From assembly GCA_963924565.1 (NCBI GenBank), contig OZ004614.1, positions 22,072,001 to 22,136,000 of the forward strand: a stretch of 64,000 nt of DNA, written 5' to 3'. Made by a program: the position numbers and the translations under genes. Below are positions 13,833 to 25,530 of the stretch, one piece after another. Below the pieces are notes generated by a model, which searched no databases, was not told the DNA's origin, and saw only the letters and a program-made list of their open reading frames with translations. Every line of letters starts with the position of its first letter. The first letter of the stretch is position 1. This DNA comes from Ascidiella aspersa (Eukaryota).

Positions 13833-14722
13833 GTGTAGACCATAAATTAATTCGACCATTCCCTCGGCAACTTTTTCCAAAACCAGCTTCGAATTTAAGA
13901 GTCACTGACAAGTAAAACTCATAGTTAAAAACACGAGTAAAAACAGGATAAGACGTTTTGTTTAAAAGGAAAATATATTTCGCCAAGTGGCATCATCAGT
14001 TCCTTAATTCGAATGAATCTAAGAGTCACTGGTAACGTTTATACTCGGGCTATAGCTCCGAGTTACAAGTTAACAAAACGCAATTAAGGCATGTTTGGTA
14101 AAAAAAATACGACTAGTGATCCAATGCAAACCAACCTTAGCGCTAAACATTTGGTAATCCAGTAAAACGACTATAGAAAAACGAGTAGGCTGTTCCGCAA
14201 CGTTTAAATGCTGCTGCTTTAACGATTTTGCTTCTTTGTTAGTTTAAACTTCAAACTATAGCAAACTCGTTACGAGCACTTTGAGGTCTAAACGTCTGCC
14301 AGGCGAACACTAACCACAGATCTAAGGGTGTTTGGAATTAACAACAACAACGTGCGTTATTTGCCGAGAGCATCTGATAGGGCTTTCCATTGACAACTAG
14401 AGCTTTGAAGCATTTTAATCCCAAATAAGCCAAGGCGGCTTAAAGAACTCTGTGACAACATAAACTGACAAATCACATTTCTGTCTAACATTTGCGTTTT
14501 AAAACCTAATGTTATTATTTGGCTACGATTCTGTAAAGCCGCAATGTGCGACAGTGTGCGAGAAAGCTTACGGTAAAATTGAAAATTGAAAACCAAAATC
14601 CGCAAGTTTCGTAAACGACTAGTTTAACTTAAAATCGCGAAAGCGACGCTAACGCTGTTTAGGTGCCTAACCGCATTCACGCTACCAAAGGAGCCATGTG
14701 AATTGATTTTCAGCCGTCTTAC

Positions 14723-14836
14723 CGTAAGGCAGTCCATCAGTGACTGGTGAAAGTGGTGCTGAAAAGCTCGCATGTCAGAGCACCATTCCAAAAGCTCCCG
14801 GGCAGTCTTGGTGAACAACTGTGGAGTTCGCAGATG
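14723..14836 (-). CDS. ZMIZ1: Zinc finger MIZ domain-containing protein 1 (Zimp10) orthologue, internal coding exon of the N-terminal (Zmiz1_N/TPR-like) domain
   Basis: 114-nt phase 0/0 exon: TTTTTGCAG|CAT...ACG|GTAAGA. Encodes [38 protein letters not shown], colinear with human ZMIZ1 [38 protein letters not shown] (recalled sequence). Confidence 0.93.
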
Positions 14837-15312
14837 CTGCAAAAAGTAGTGGCAAGTCATTATTATGATGGTTCGAAGACGATGGCGTTGTTCGCCGGAT
14901 AAGTTTCACTCGTTACACAGCAATTAAACTTCGCCGCTGTCGCTTTAAGTCGTTAATTGGTGGCCTCCGGAGCAACGAAATCTTACTGAAACGGCATTAA
15001 TCAATACACGCTCTTCAACTTCGCGGTAGTAACACAAAAGGTCCATTTGTGCGAATGCCATAAAGGCGATGTTTTAAGGAAATGAAAATGTAGCACGACG
15101 CCATTACCGCATTATCACAGTCATGCGGCTTTGCACTTTGCTAAGTACAATGCTGGTGGCAAATATATAATTTTAAATGATTAAGAAACACTCGGAAAGC
15201 TTTTTGAGCTTTTAAACCACCCAAACGAATAAAAAAACAATGTGGTCATTTTAATCGGTCGGTAGCAGGTTTTCCAATTTAATTGAAATCGAGCAGTTTT
15301 CAACGAACTTAC

Positions 15313-15441
15313 GTTTTGTATGCACTGCAGTCTGTCAAGAGTCTGTCTGGTGTGTGGGTCGTGGTTGAGGGGGTTTGGGGCCCCCATGTTGCCGACCGTC
15401 AAAGCTCGCATTGCGTTGTTGACCGTCGTCGAGCCCATCAC
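15313..15441 (-). CDS. ZMIZ1: ZMIZ1 orthologue, first recognisable coding exon
   Basis: Acceptor TTCCCCCAG|GTGATG at 15441; donor AAC|GTAAGT at 15313. In-frame ATGs at 15438, 15411 and 15387. Ends DPHTRQTLDRLQCIQN versus human DRHIQQTNDRLQCIKQ. Splices in frame to 14836 across a 476-bp intron. Confidence 0.9.
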
Positions 15442-16699
15442 CTGGGGGAATCACCAGCGCGAAGTTATCCGAGTGTTTCCGAATTTCGCCGAGCCCACAC
15501 GAACGAGTGGCGTCATTTGAGTCAATGGGTGTCAATTAGTGGCTCGCTGATTGGCGCACGACTACGTCCTTTTCAAAAAGCTTGGAAGTTCAGTTGCTGG
15601 GTGACTGGGTTTATTCCCTTCGTTTCTGCGCCGTTTCAGTCAAAGTGCTTGTAATAATTCCAAGAAATGGTGCTTGTCAAACTCTCCGCAAGCCAATTTG
15701 TTGTCACAAGTTTTATCAGTAGGCTACTGTATCTGCAGTGGAAGGAAAGGCATACAGTAATATGGGTCTAAACACGAAATAGGTACAAGCAAGTTAGGTT
15801 AATTACAACAAATATGTGAGCATTTTGGCCTTTCTCACGAAGAAAACTAGGCCACCCTCTTTCTGTAGACAAATATTCACAGCAAGATATGATTTGCTCG
15901 CTTTTGTTAACATGAGTCAGTTGTTAAGAAATGAAGCGTGGCCCGAGTCTGCCCAGGGACCGATTTGTAATCCTTGAGAAAGCTGTGCACAAAACGTGAC
16001 CTACATTGGCGAACTGCGCCAAATCAATAGCGCTTACAAAAGTAACTGCAGAAGTGCTGGAAATCGCAAGCACTGTTCGCTGATCTAACCCGCAAGTGTG
16101 GAGCACTGCTGTTAGATTGGCTATGCCCGGCCAACAACAGTTAACAACCACACGTTTATCGCGGTAAACGTAGTAAAGTGCTTTGAACTGGCTAGCTTAC
16201 TTGCTTTCCATGCGCAAGTCAAACTTCATTCAAATTTCAATCAGACAAGCACTCATATAAACTGCGTCCCCATCATAAAGGACGGCAAACACTCGAGACT
16301 GAAAGCGTAGGTTGACTAGCTAAATAAACATATTTACTCATGCCACTGCTATGTCAAGACAGTCTACTAAGCGAAATCTTACGACGACACACGACATTGC
16401 TAGTGGCTGACTGATTAGAAAGTCAGCATCCGTTGTGCGCACCTTAACTGTAGGGTGTTGCCAAAGCAGATAAACTGTACGCCGGTTTATTAGGATTTAA
16501 AGAGTTTGCCTTTCGTTAAAGCAACTCACAAACAGGCAACTGAGTCGTTTCGATCAATACAGGCAACTCGGCTATACTATGGCTGCCGCGCTTTTGATTT
16601 ATCTTTCATGCGCCACTTTTCCTCTCGCTTTCACGTTACAATATCGACCTGTTCAGCTCTCGAGCATCAGCAACAGCTCTAGCAGCAACTACAGTTTGT

Positions 16700-17040
16700 G
16701 CCGCCGTCAACACGCCAGACTATCCCGGTTCTAATGACCAAGAATTCACGCGCACGATCTCGCGAATTGGCCGCCAGCGCCGAACGGCGAGCGAAAGCGG
16801 CGCCCTCTCCCAATTCTCTGCCTTTTCGCGACCGACGCTTCTTCGCCGGCCCGGATAAAATAGAGAGCGTGAAAGAGAGAGAGTGAGAGCGAACGAGCGC
16901 ACGCGAGAAAAAGGGAGCGCGCCAGGAGAGAAGAGCCGGCGCTGGTCAGCGACAGACTGCAAGCGATATAGTGCGCTAGTAGTTCTTCGCGGCGAAGTGA
17001 CTCACTCCGCTTACACTACAGACTACACCGAAAGGACCTT
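16700..17040. promoter_or_regulatory. CpG- and GAGA-rich island ~1.3 kb upstream of the ZMIZ1 coding exon; candidate promoter
   Basis: Dense CpG, repeated GCGCG/TCGCGA and a (GA)n tract at 16861-16930. Not repeat-derived. Confidence 0.45.
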
Positions 17041-18271
17041 GTAAAGGCGCCCGCTTACAACATACAGCCATAACCCTTTTTAACCGTCAACAAACTCTTC
17101 AAGTTCGTGTGGCTACTTGAATGGCGTTTGGGAATACGTTAGCTGCATCCATAAAACCTAAAACTAGACAAAAGTAGGCGCTTTAAAAATCCTTTAAAGG
17201 CCAACGGCGGGGGCGGTAGCGAGTCGAGAAAACGAGACTTCATGACAGCTTACAAATGTACCGGCTGTACCGCGTGCATCAAGTGATTCAGCTGGTGTTT
17301 TTTCACCAGCGCGTGCAATCGCTACGGAGAAGTTTTTTTGTACCCAGCTCCACCATTTTTTATCGCACGCGAGTTTGAGTTTGGACGCAGGGCGCGTTCG
17401 GGTTAGAACCACCCACGGACTTTGCCAATGGCTTTTGTAAGAGAAAGGAGATCGTGACGAATCAAGGCTCTCAAAAAGGCCAAGTATTCCTTTCCCGGAT
17501 TTTCATGACTCAACAACAGCTTATAATTTTTAGAGCACAGATTGAAAAATTATAATTTGAAGAACCGAACGAACTCAAGCCTATATATATATAGTCAATT
17601 AAACATGAACACACACATGTGCATGTTAACCACTGAGATCTATCTCTTCTGAAACTGCTTTTTGACCAACGATTACGCCTTACGTATCATTAGTCATTGA
17701 TCGACAGATTCGGTGAGTCTGCAATGTATTTCGGTGTACTATATATATAGCTTTGAAATAAAATTGCGTTACTGTTAACTTTACGTTAAAACGCGAAGAG
17801 AATGTTTTTTGATAAAATATTTCACAGAGCGAATGAGGTCACGACATCATATGGCTGACACCAATAGACTGGCCGAACGCAAATTGCAAGTTAACAGAAT
17901 TTCGACAAAGAAACTTAAAAGACAGGTTCAACTTTCCAGAAATTGTAAATTTTAATGAAACTGTGTAACGGATTACGTTCAAGGCCCCCTGGGTAGGGAA
18001 AATCGGCAACAGGCACAAACAAATTGAATAGGGGTGTACGCAAGCTAACGACAACAAGAACAAGGACGCTTGGAGAGTCGTGCTTGCAGTTCAGGCTTTC
18101 GCGCAATTAAGTGCCGCTAATATTGTTAGTGTGGCCCGGGGGAACGAGAAAACGACGCGAGCCGACCGCTTTTGCTGGTGATTGCGCTTGTAAGAATCAC
18201 GAGCGACATTACGGCTGTAAACATTCTCCTTCGCGGCGCCTTCTCTATGGCTGGACAGTTTTAAAGCTTAC

Positions 18272-18389
18272 CTGTTCTTGTGTATAGACAGCTATACCTT
18301 GCTTGTTGCACACTGAGGCAGCATACGTTTCCAAAATAGTGGCAAATGTCCCATTACAATCGACGATGTTAAAATACGGTAAAATCACG
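18272..18389 (-). other. candidate upstream ZMIZ1 exon (5'UTR or N-terminal extension)
   Basis: TTTCCAG|CGTG...GAACAG|GTAAGC, 118 nt. Open in the frame that would join the 15441 exon. No recognisable homology. Confidence 0.3.
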
Positions 18390-20749
18390 CTGGAAATGTT
18401 TTTTAAAGCAGCCTTTACAACTGGCCGCAGGACCAATTAGCAAGGCCGTTTCTTGGCCTAATTGCGTACCCCGAGGGTCCGTTTAAAAAGACATCGATAC
18501 AGCAGTCATACAGTCGTATTGTTTGCGTTGTTCATGCTGCAAAAAAGCTAGTTGTTTTTGCAAAGCATAAGAACTTCTTCTCGTAAAATGCTAATAAATA
18601 AACGTTCAATCTGTTTCAACGGAAGATATAACAATGCCGAGAGAAAAAAAAGTATCACACAGTGTAGTATCTTCCCACACTTTTCGTTAAGTCACTTAAT
18701 TTCGTAGATGGCGTGTAAAAACTTCATTGTATCATGAAGGTATGCTTTCCGTTAGTAAATTCCGTTTTCAGCTATGATAAAAAGCTTAGTCAATCGGCAA
18801 GACATATATAGTTCAAGGTCTAAAGAAATAGACACGTTATAGTCGTATCACAAAGGGAGAGGGGAAAGATACTGAGAAAAACAGTGGGATGGAGTGATAA
18901 AAGGTAAACAAGACGACTCGCTTAATGGAGCGAACACAATAGAGTGGATTTATGGAGGAATGCGCATGTGACTGGATCTTACCGGTATTTTTTTAGCGGT
19001 TTCACTTTCTTCCGGACTGATGACGTACAAAGCAAAACCGAAGCCAGACTTGATCGCGGTATGATGTCATCGTACGACGTCACAATACAAACAACGCCAG
19101 ACAACAAAATAGATACACTGCTCAAACGAACACCAACAAATCCTGCCAATCATGAGACAAATAGCACTTCTTTCCGATTTGTCTCATTTTTATTTAAAGG
19201 CGAAATATTTACACGTTGGTGAAATTAGGCCAGTATAACGAGATTTGACATTTTATCTTTATGAAACAGAGTTCTGAGATTTGCTGTGCCAGGCAACTGT
19301 ACGGATGCCATTCAAGAAAATTCGACTACTACATCTAAACTAAGGACGAAATGCCTAGCCAGCACATAAAGGGGACAACTTTTTCCAACAGGTTCCTTTA
19401 CAGCGGAATTCAAGTCTCAAATAAAACTGTAAAGTTCGGCTCGCGGGCGATTTGTCTTAAGTTATGTATTGACTTGCCAACACCTGTGCCTTGAAGAGCG
19501 TGGCTCTAACAGACGACGAACGAAAAGCGATGAAGGACGCGTGGCATTGCTTGGCTTGTAAAACCAAGTGGAATTAGTCGCCCCACGTGACAAACTCACA
19601 GAAGTGCGATGTGTTTTTTTCTAAAAAACGAAAACCGACGACAATGTTCGGTTTGCGTAAAAACGCTGTTATTTAAGTACGTTGCTTTAGAAAAACAATT
19701 TCAATCAGGCTAAAGGTCATTCTGAGCAGATAAAGCGGGCGCTGCAGGCTGTGCAAATGGAACGATATTAATGCGCTCAAAACCGTCTAAGGCGAGGATA
19801 ATGCGTACCAAGTCGGTGTCAAATTGCATTGCAGCATGCGCGCCGTTTTCGGGAAAGCCAACCTTCAATTGCCCGCTCCTGTTACTTAGGCTAGACACCT
19901 CCCTCAGACGATTTGGGGAGACGGTCCTCTGTTATAAAGGCGATAGGCAGGACGGCGAACGCACCTCATAAAAACAGAAGTCACGCTATGTCGGTCTGCC
20001 AGAGAGATGAGGAGGTAAAAGGCGTTCGTATATCTCAAAATAAACTATTGAAAAGCGCCCGGGTACTTGCATTGCTGTTTACATACGCTTAACGCCTAAT
20101 TGACCAAATGCGTCTCCCTACCTTCGTTCGTTAATGTGGCGCGATTTTCGTAAACAAGGAAGTGAGAAGGCACGTTTAAGCGCTGTCGATAAACTTACAT
20201 CTTTAAAGAGACGTTGACAAAACGACACAATTTGCGTCGATCCACAACTCGGTTCAAACTCGCGTCAAACACACATAAAATTAATTCATTTCTGCCTTTT
20301 TTATAATTTCCTCTTTATAGTTTAAAAACTACTGGCAAACTTTTACCTGCATCAAGAACAATTGTCCGACAGCTGCACATACTGCACAAGGCTGCCAATC
20401 GACGGCATCAAGTTACTCGTTTCCGAGAAAATAAAACAGAGATCACAGTCTGCACAACTCACACTGTACCTTAAGCGTTTAGTTCTGGACAGCTTTCAAG
20501 CTCAACTAGCTGCAGCTGGAAGCTGACAACACCTGAGCCGCTCGCATTTTGGCCTATCGCCCGTAGCAAGTGACCCCAAGCAACACACTGCAAATCAGGT
20601 TCGTTTGTACGTAAGTCCCGGAGCCCTGAGACCTTTCATACCGTATTATTACCGAATGGGCTTCGCGGCGATGACGTGTCCTATCCCTTGCCTGTGGTAT
20701 TACAGTCGTTCGCTGCACGACGATCGCACTAGCGTCTGCACTTGCAGGC

Positions 20750-21270
20750 AAGCAAAGTAACAAAAGCGCCGCGGCCGCGGAAACGATACAAGTGCAACGC
20801 CCGCCCCTTATTGCCGCGGCAAGACAGAACGCGCGCCGACACAATTCAGTTATTTGCGTCCCCCGGCTGCGCGCCAGCTCGCTACAGGCTCAAGTGATGC
20901 GCGGTGCGGTGGCTACATTACACAACGAGGCTAGCTGCGAACGCGCAAACACGCCAGTCAGACACGATTGTCGAACTTTCTTTCCCACAATTCGCTCTCT
21001 CGTTTTTGCTCTTTCTCCCTTTCTCTCTTTCGCTCTCTCGGTCTGTCTCCCTCACTCATCTTGCTCGCCTTTCCCGCACGTGACATCTTATGAGCCCGGC
21101 CGTTTTCGGTCGTCCCCGCAGAAAGCGCCTCGCAGGGGAGAAAGAGAGACTTGCTGCTAACAAAGAAGCCCTATTTCTTTGTTCGACGTGAAATCTTGAC
21201 GAGGTGTCGCTCATCGCCGGTCGCTTTCTCGCGTGACGCATTTTCGCGCCGCCGAAGACGACGACGACCA
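20750..21270. promoter_or_regulatory. CpG-rich island with CT/GA tracts; candidate alternative promoter/enhancer
   Basis: GCCGCGGCCGCGG, a polypyrimidine tract at ~20990-21070 and CACGTG at ~21077. Confidence 0.4.
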
Positions 21271-21715
21271 TGACGAATAACTTTGTGCCGTCGAGCACGT
21301 GGACACACAGGAGGATTTATACACCACTCTGTAATGAGGTAACCGGACCCTTTTTTCCGTGTTTAGGAAACTTTTGTAAACTTCGCAACAAAAAATACGT
21401 TCTAGAAGCCCTGAAAAACAGCGCTGATTTATCCACACTTAATGCAAGAACACCCTACTCAGTAAAATGTAGCATTGTGTGGACATTTAATGTAGAAACA
21501 AAATGAATTTTGGAACATTATATACGGATCTGTTCATAAGTTTAATGGTGAAAATAACGGCCCAAATAGACGTAAAAAGAAAATGATCAATTTATTTGTG
21601 ATTTTTTACACTACGTGCATTTTTAGGGCTTTTCCAATAGTAAATCATCGACAAATACGAAAACGCCGTGTTCAATGACTCGCCCTCGATTTTATTTTAT
21701 GTCTAGCAAGCTTAC

Positions 21716-21783
21716 CTCTTCAGCTCATCACATTCAAGTCGGTCATGTTCCAAAATAAGTGTGAGTTGTGAGCTATTTTGTCG
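21716..21783 (-). other. candidate upstream ZMIZ1 exon
   Basis: CTCTACAG|CGAC...GAAGAG|GTAAGC, 68 nt. Phase-compatible with 18272-18389. Splice-signal evidence only. Confidence 0.22.
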
Positions 21784-21896
21784 CTGTAGAGTCCTTTATA
21801 GGTAATGGCCGGGTAAAGGTTTGTAACATGCCAACTTTATTGTGCACAGGAAATGCAGATTATCGCCGGCTCACGACCCCCAAACATAATGCACTT

Positions 21897-21937
21897 TTAA
21901 CTGAAAGATGATACAAGCTCGTATCGAAACGTCTTAA
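21897..21937 (+). ncRNA. minimal type I hammerhead ribozyme-like motif
   Basis: TTAA-CTGAAAGA-T-GATAC(aagctc)GTATC-GAAAC-GTC-TTAA. Stem I TTAA/TTAA, 5-bp stem II, GAAAC/GUC cleavage site. One extra A in the CUGANGA box. Confidence 0.6.
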
Positions 21938-22023
21938 TCAAGATGCTGTCGATCTACTCGACCTTTTTGGCTTTCCAAATCATTATCAAGCTACATTACA
22001 GATCCGTGCATATAGTGTATAAA
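21898..22023 (+). mobile_element. Penelope-like-element-derived short element, family F
   Basis: Shares body and tail with 7818-7947. Flanks AATGCACTTT (21888-21897) and AATGCGCTTT (22024-22033) give a 10-bp TSD matching 9/10. Begins with a hammerhead-like core. Confidence 0.7.
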
Positions 22024-22591
22024 AATGCGCTTTCGTATCTAAAATCCAGGTAAGTTATTAGAAAGGCTTCCTAAAAACATCAAAGTGTGTGGCATTACGC
22101 ACTGCGACCTTCATTCCCGTCTAAGCGGTTCTCACCCATTGTCGAACAGGGACGCTTTCTTATCTCAGAGCAATTACGTCATATTCGAAAAGTTGCAGCG
22201 CAGTTGCGTCATGAATACGGGGTGTTGTTCACTCGATAGAGCTTGGAATCCTGTTAAAGACTGACGCGTCTGGTTCCCTCTCCTTAAAAGGTGCCTGGCG
22301 TTTGCCAATGCAAACGAAATCCAATCTTTCGCAGTGAAGGCTCGCTTAAAGCCCGTCGCTTTGGGGTGCATTGTTGATATTGAGCGATCACCGCAGAATG
22401 CAACACTTTTCCGCCTGTTCTAAAACAATAGAACCTAAGAGGGTAATTATTATTATCGGTGTGTGGCCTTGCAGATATTGATCCGCATTCCGCACAGTGT
22501 TTAAGAGGCATTCGGGCATTTTTGTGCGACTGCGTGCCAATTGGCTAGGATTTATTTTCAAATTGAAACCAACATGAGAAACCGTATTTGC

Positions 22592-22715
22592 CAGTGTTGT
22601 ATTGACTGTTTTTAAATGACTTGACTTGACTAAAATATTTTGAACAAATACGTGGATTGAAATAAAATGCTTTTTTTCAAGCATTTTTTTATATAAAATT
22701 GGGTTATTTACCTGA
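22592..22715. mobile_element. 5' fragment of the GACTT-repeat MITE family
   Basis: Starts CAGTGTTGTA; contains TTTAAATGACTTGACTTG as in 58736-59103. Confidence 0.6.
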
Positions 22716-22959
22716 TTTTTCCAGATCAATGACACATACGCACGGCGCAATTCGGCAGGACACAGTACCACACTACAAAGCACAACCCTTCACAAAGGAA
22801 AGGCCAATCGGGCCCACTAATCGCGAAGAGAAGGGCCGGCGGCCATGTGGGTGTTAAAAGGACCCACGAAAGTGCTTCTCGGTTCAGGAAACTGCTCCGA
22901 CAAAAGACAGGAGGAAGGTTCGTTCAGCCAAGGGACAACCGACAAAGCCCGCCGCTCGT

Positions 22960-23330
22960 GTGACTAACTGCCTGCGCAAACAGGCGAATCACGCCGCGGC
23001 CACCGGCAAACAAGCCTAGGGACCACCTACGCCACCTACAAGGCACTGAGACCTGAGACTTTCGAGACGAGCGAGCACGCGAAGAAAAAAGAGAGAAAGA
23101 AAAGAGAGAGAGAGAGGAAAAAAGGGCAACGATAACGCGCGGCCGTCAATCAAAGTCGATTTTGCGGCAAGTATCCCATCCGCCTTTGTTGTTGCTGCCT
23201 TCGCGCCGCTTTTAAACAGCCAAGCAAGGCAAGCTGCTTCAATAACAACAACATACAGAAAGTTGCCCGCGAACGCGCGTATTCACTGGCGGCCCCAGCA
23301 TCCAAGGGTCGTTGGTTCGGCCCGCACTTA
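22960..23330. promoter_or_regulatory. CpG/GAGA-rich island, candidate regulatory element
   Basis: (GA)n purine tract at 23081-23125 within CpG-rich unique sequence. Confidence 0.3.
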
Positions 23331-24252
23331 GACGCGGTTTTAAAATTTATAAAAAGGCGTGTTTCAGTACCGGAATACAGTAACTGACAAACCTTTCCGA
23401 GGCATCCGGTTTCCCAGAAGACAGTTTTGATGATTTGCTAGTTTGGTGGATGACGACACTGTCGGCTGCGTTTATAGGGTCTGACGAGATAAAACTTAAC
23501 ACAAACAACTTTATTTTCATATGATAACAATATGCTATACCCTGCTAAGACTGAAGTCTCACGTGTAAAGTTTAGGTTATTTCGCATAAATAAGGATGTC
23601 TGTTTGTCGTTATTCCACGGTCATTGGTTCCGTACAGCGGGAAATAAGCAAAATACTCTTTCGGGCGCATGGAAGCACGTCGAAGCCCGGATTCTGGCGA
23701 CGTACATCAAACATTATGTGACCTGCTCAGCACGAGTAACACTGGGTCGTCAGCCCGTGCTTTTCGCGAGGCCAAAGGCTGAAAGAAGACGTTATACAAC
23801 AAAGCAGTCTTGTATTTTAGGTGAAGTCGAACCATCGCTTAACTTCAGCGTTAGAAAGGGAGAAATTAACAAACAAATCCATTAGGAAGACGGGACCTGG
23901 GCGTTTTTAGCACCGGGTGTCACGTTCCAGTTGTACAAAACCGCCGCGGTTCGAGCGCGAAAATCGACTCTTTGTTTAGCGAAACCGGAAAAGACGTACA
24001 AACAAACCGACAGAACAGAGTGGAGCCTATTCTTCGAGTTCGCGGCGACGCACTGTTCATTACGGATTTTAAAACTCTGACTTTATAAAGACGACTTCGA
24101 GAAACTTTCGGAATGTGTTTGCGGTTTCAAACGGCTTCAACTGCATATCCTGAAGCAATAAACTCTCTACAGCAAATGCGTGTGTCTACAGCTTGAATAA
24201 ACAGCCAGGTGCAATATTAATCATCTCCAAAAAGCGTGTATACTGCTTAGTG

Positions 24253-24550
24253 CAGTGTTTCTAAACCTTTTATGAATATGACTAATGGCACCCCTCAGAA
24301 ATAACACATAGATTGCGGCAATCTTACAAGATTTTTTCGTAGGTGATTCACTAAGAATGTCAGAATAAACGGAACTGGATAAATACACATCAATTCTACA
24401 CAACGTAGAAAGTTATATTTGGATTTGTTCCACTCTAATCTTTGCAAAAGTGTGTAAGAGTTGAGCAAAAGTCAGACTGTTTTCTCAAATATTTTCAAAT
24501 CTCTCTCGGCACCCTTGAGCATTAGAAATGGCACTCGGTTGAGAACCACT
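24253..24550. mobile_element. hAT (Buster-type) MITE
   Basis: CAGTGTTTCTAAACC ... GGTTGAGAACCACT, with TTAGTG on both flanks (partial TSD). Confidence 0.7.
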
Positions 24551-25439
24551 TTAGTGGATTCGTACATCTCATAAATCAGGTTTAATTATATTTCAAAATC
24601 ACAATCAGGTTAAATCAACTTCCAAACCAGCAGTGTCTAAAACTGTTTGCACTGCTCGCCTTATTCGGCGATAATTTATCTCGGTTTGCTGCAGTCACTG
24701 TAACTTATATAGTTAAAGGTGCTTACTGTTTTACAACACTGCTCGCCAAATGCCACCGCTGCGCACATTACTGGCGATCGCCCTATGCTCGAAACACGCA
24801 CTCCTTGCAATCTTCGTCGTCTTATAGCTGCACTCTAAACCCCTTATAAATAAATCATAACCATCACGCCCGCTTGTGAATCGTCCCAAGGGCCAACCTT
24901 GTTTTCGTCGATTTTCGAAACAAATCAACAACGAAACATAATAATCTAAACAATTTTTTTTTTCTTAGAAAAACAACCGAGCATTTATCACCGAATTAAA
25001 TCGGGTGGTTTGATTTGGCCATTTAGACAAACAAGCAACAACAACTGAACACGTTTGGGCCAGTAATGAGCAATGATACAACGTAGTGGAAATCGTATGT
25101 CGATCAACCAATCATAACTACAGGAAAAATCTTCCCAGGAACCCAATTTAAATCTTGTCAGCCATTGGTTTCGTCCATTTCTTCTACACCAACACAAACT
25201 CTGACACAAGCTTACGCGCACACAAGTTAGATGGGCGGGCATCGATCAACATATATCGAAAATTGTAGAACGATTTTGCACGTAAATTGCTTGGCTGTTT
25301 TTAGAAGGAAACCAGCACCCTTTTTTATTCACCCTGTATTTTTGCAAGTAAACAGTGAGCGCCCGGCGTCTTTGGTATTGCGCTTTAGTACTGTTGACAT
25401 TGGTACAAAAATACGCCGCGCGTTTGGCAAATTTCACTC

Positions 25440-25530
25440 GCCACGGGATTCTACGTCATCGCGACCCGCGTGACGTCACTGACGGCTGGCGAGCATCAGA
25501 ACTCGTGACTCACGCGCGACGACGCATTAT
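25440..25530. promoter_or_regulatory. clustered bZIP sites (CRE + AP-1)
   Basis: TACGTCA ~25452, TGACGTCA 25471-25478, TGACG ~25480 and TGACTCA 25506-25512, all in CpG-rich unique DNA. Confidence 0.45.

Noticed and set aside
19017-19045. CTGATGA...CGAA possible hammerhead
   Set aside because: No stem II and no GAAA. The same applies to the CTGANGA hits at ~12609, ~23481 and ~26824.
20626-20650. CCCTGAGACC resembling the miR-125/lin-4 5' end
   Set aside because: Only the seed region matches; no complementary arm for a pre-miRNA hairpin.
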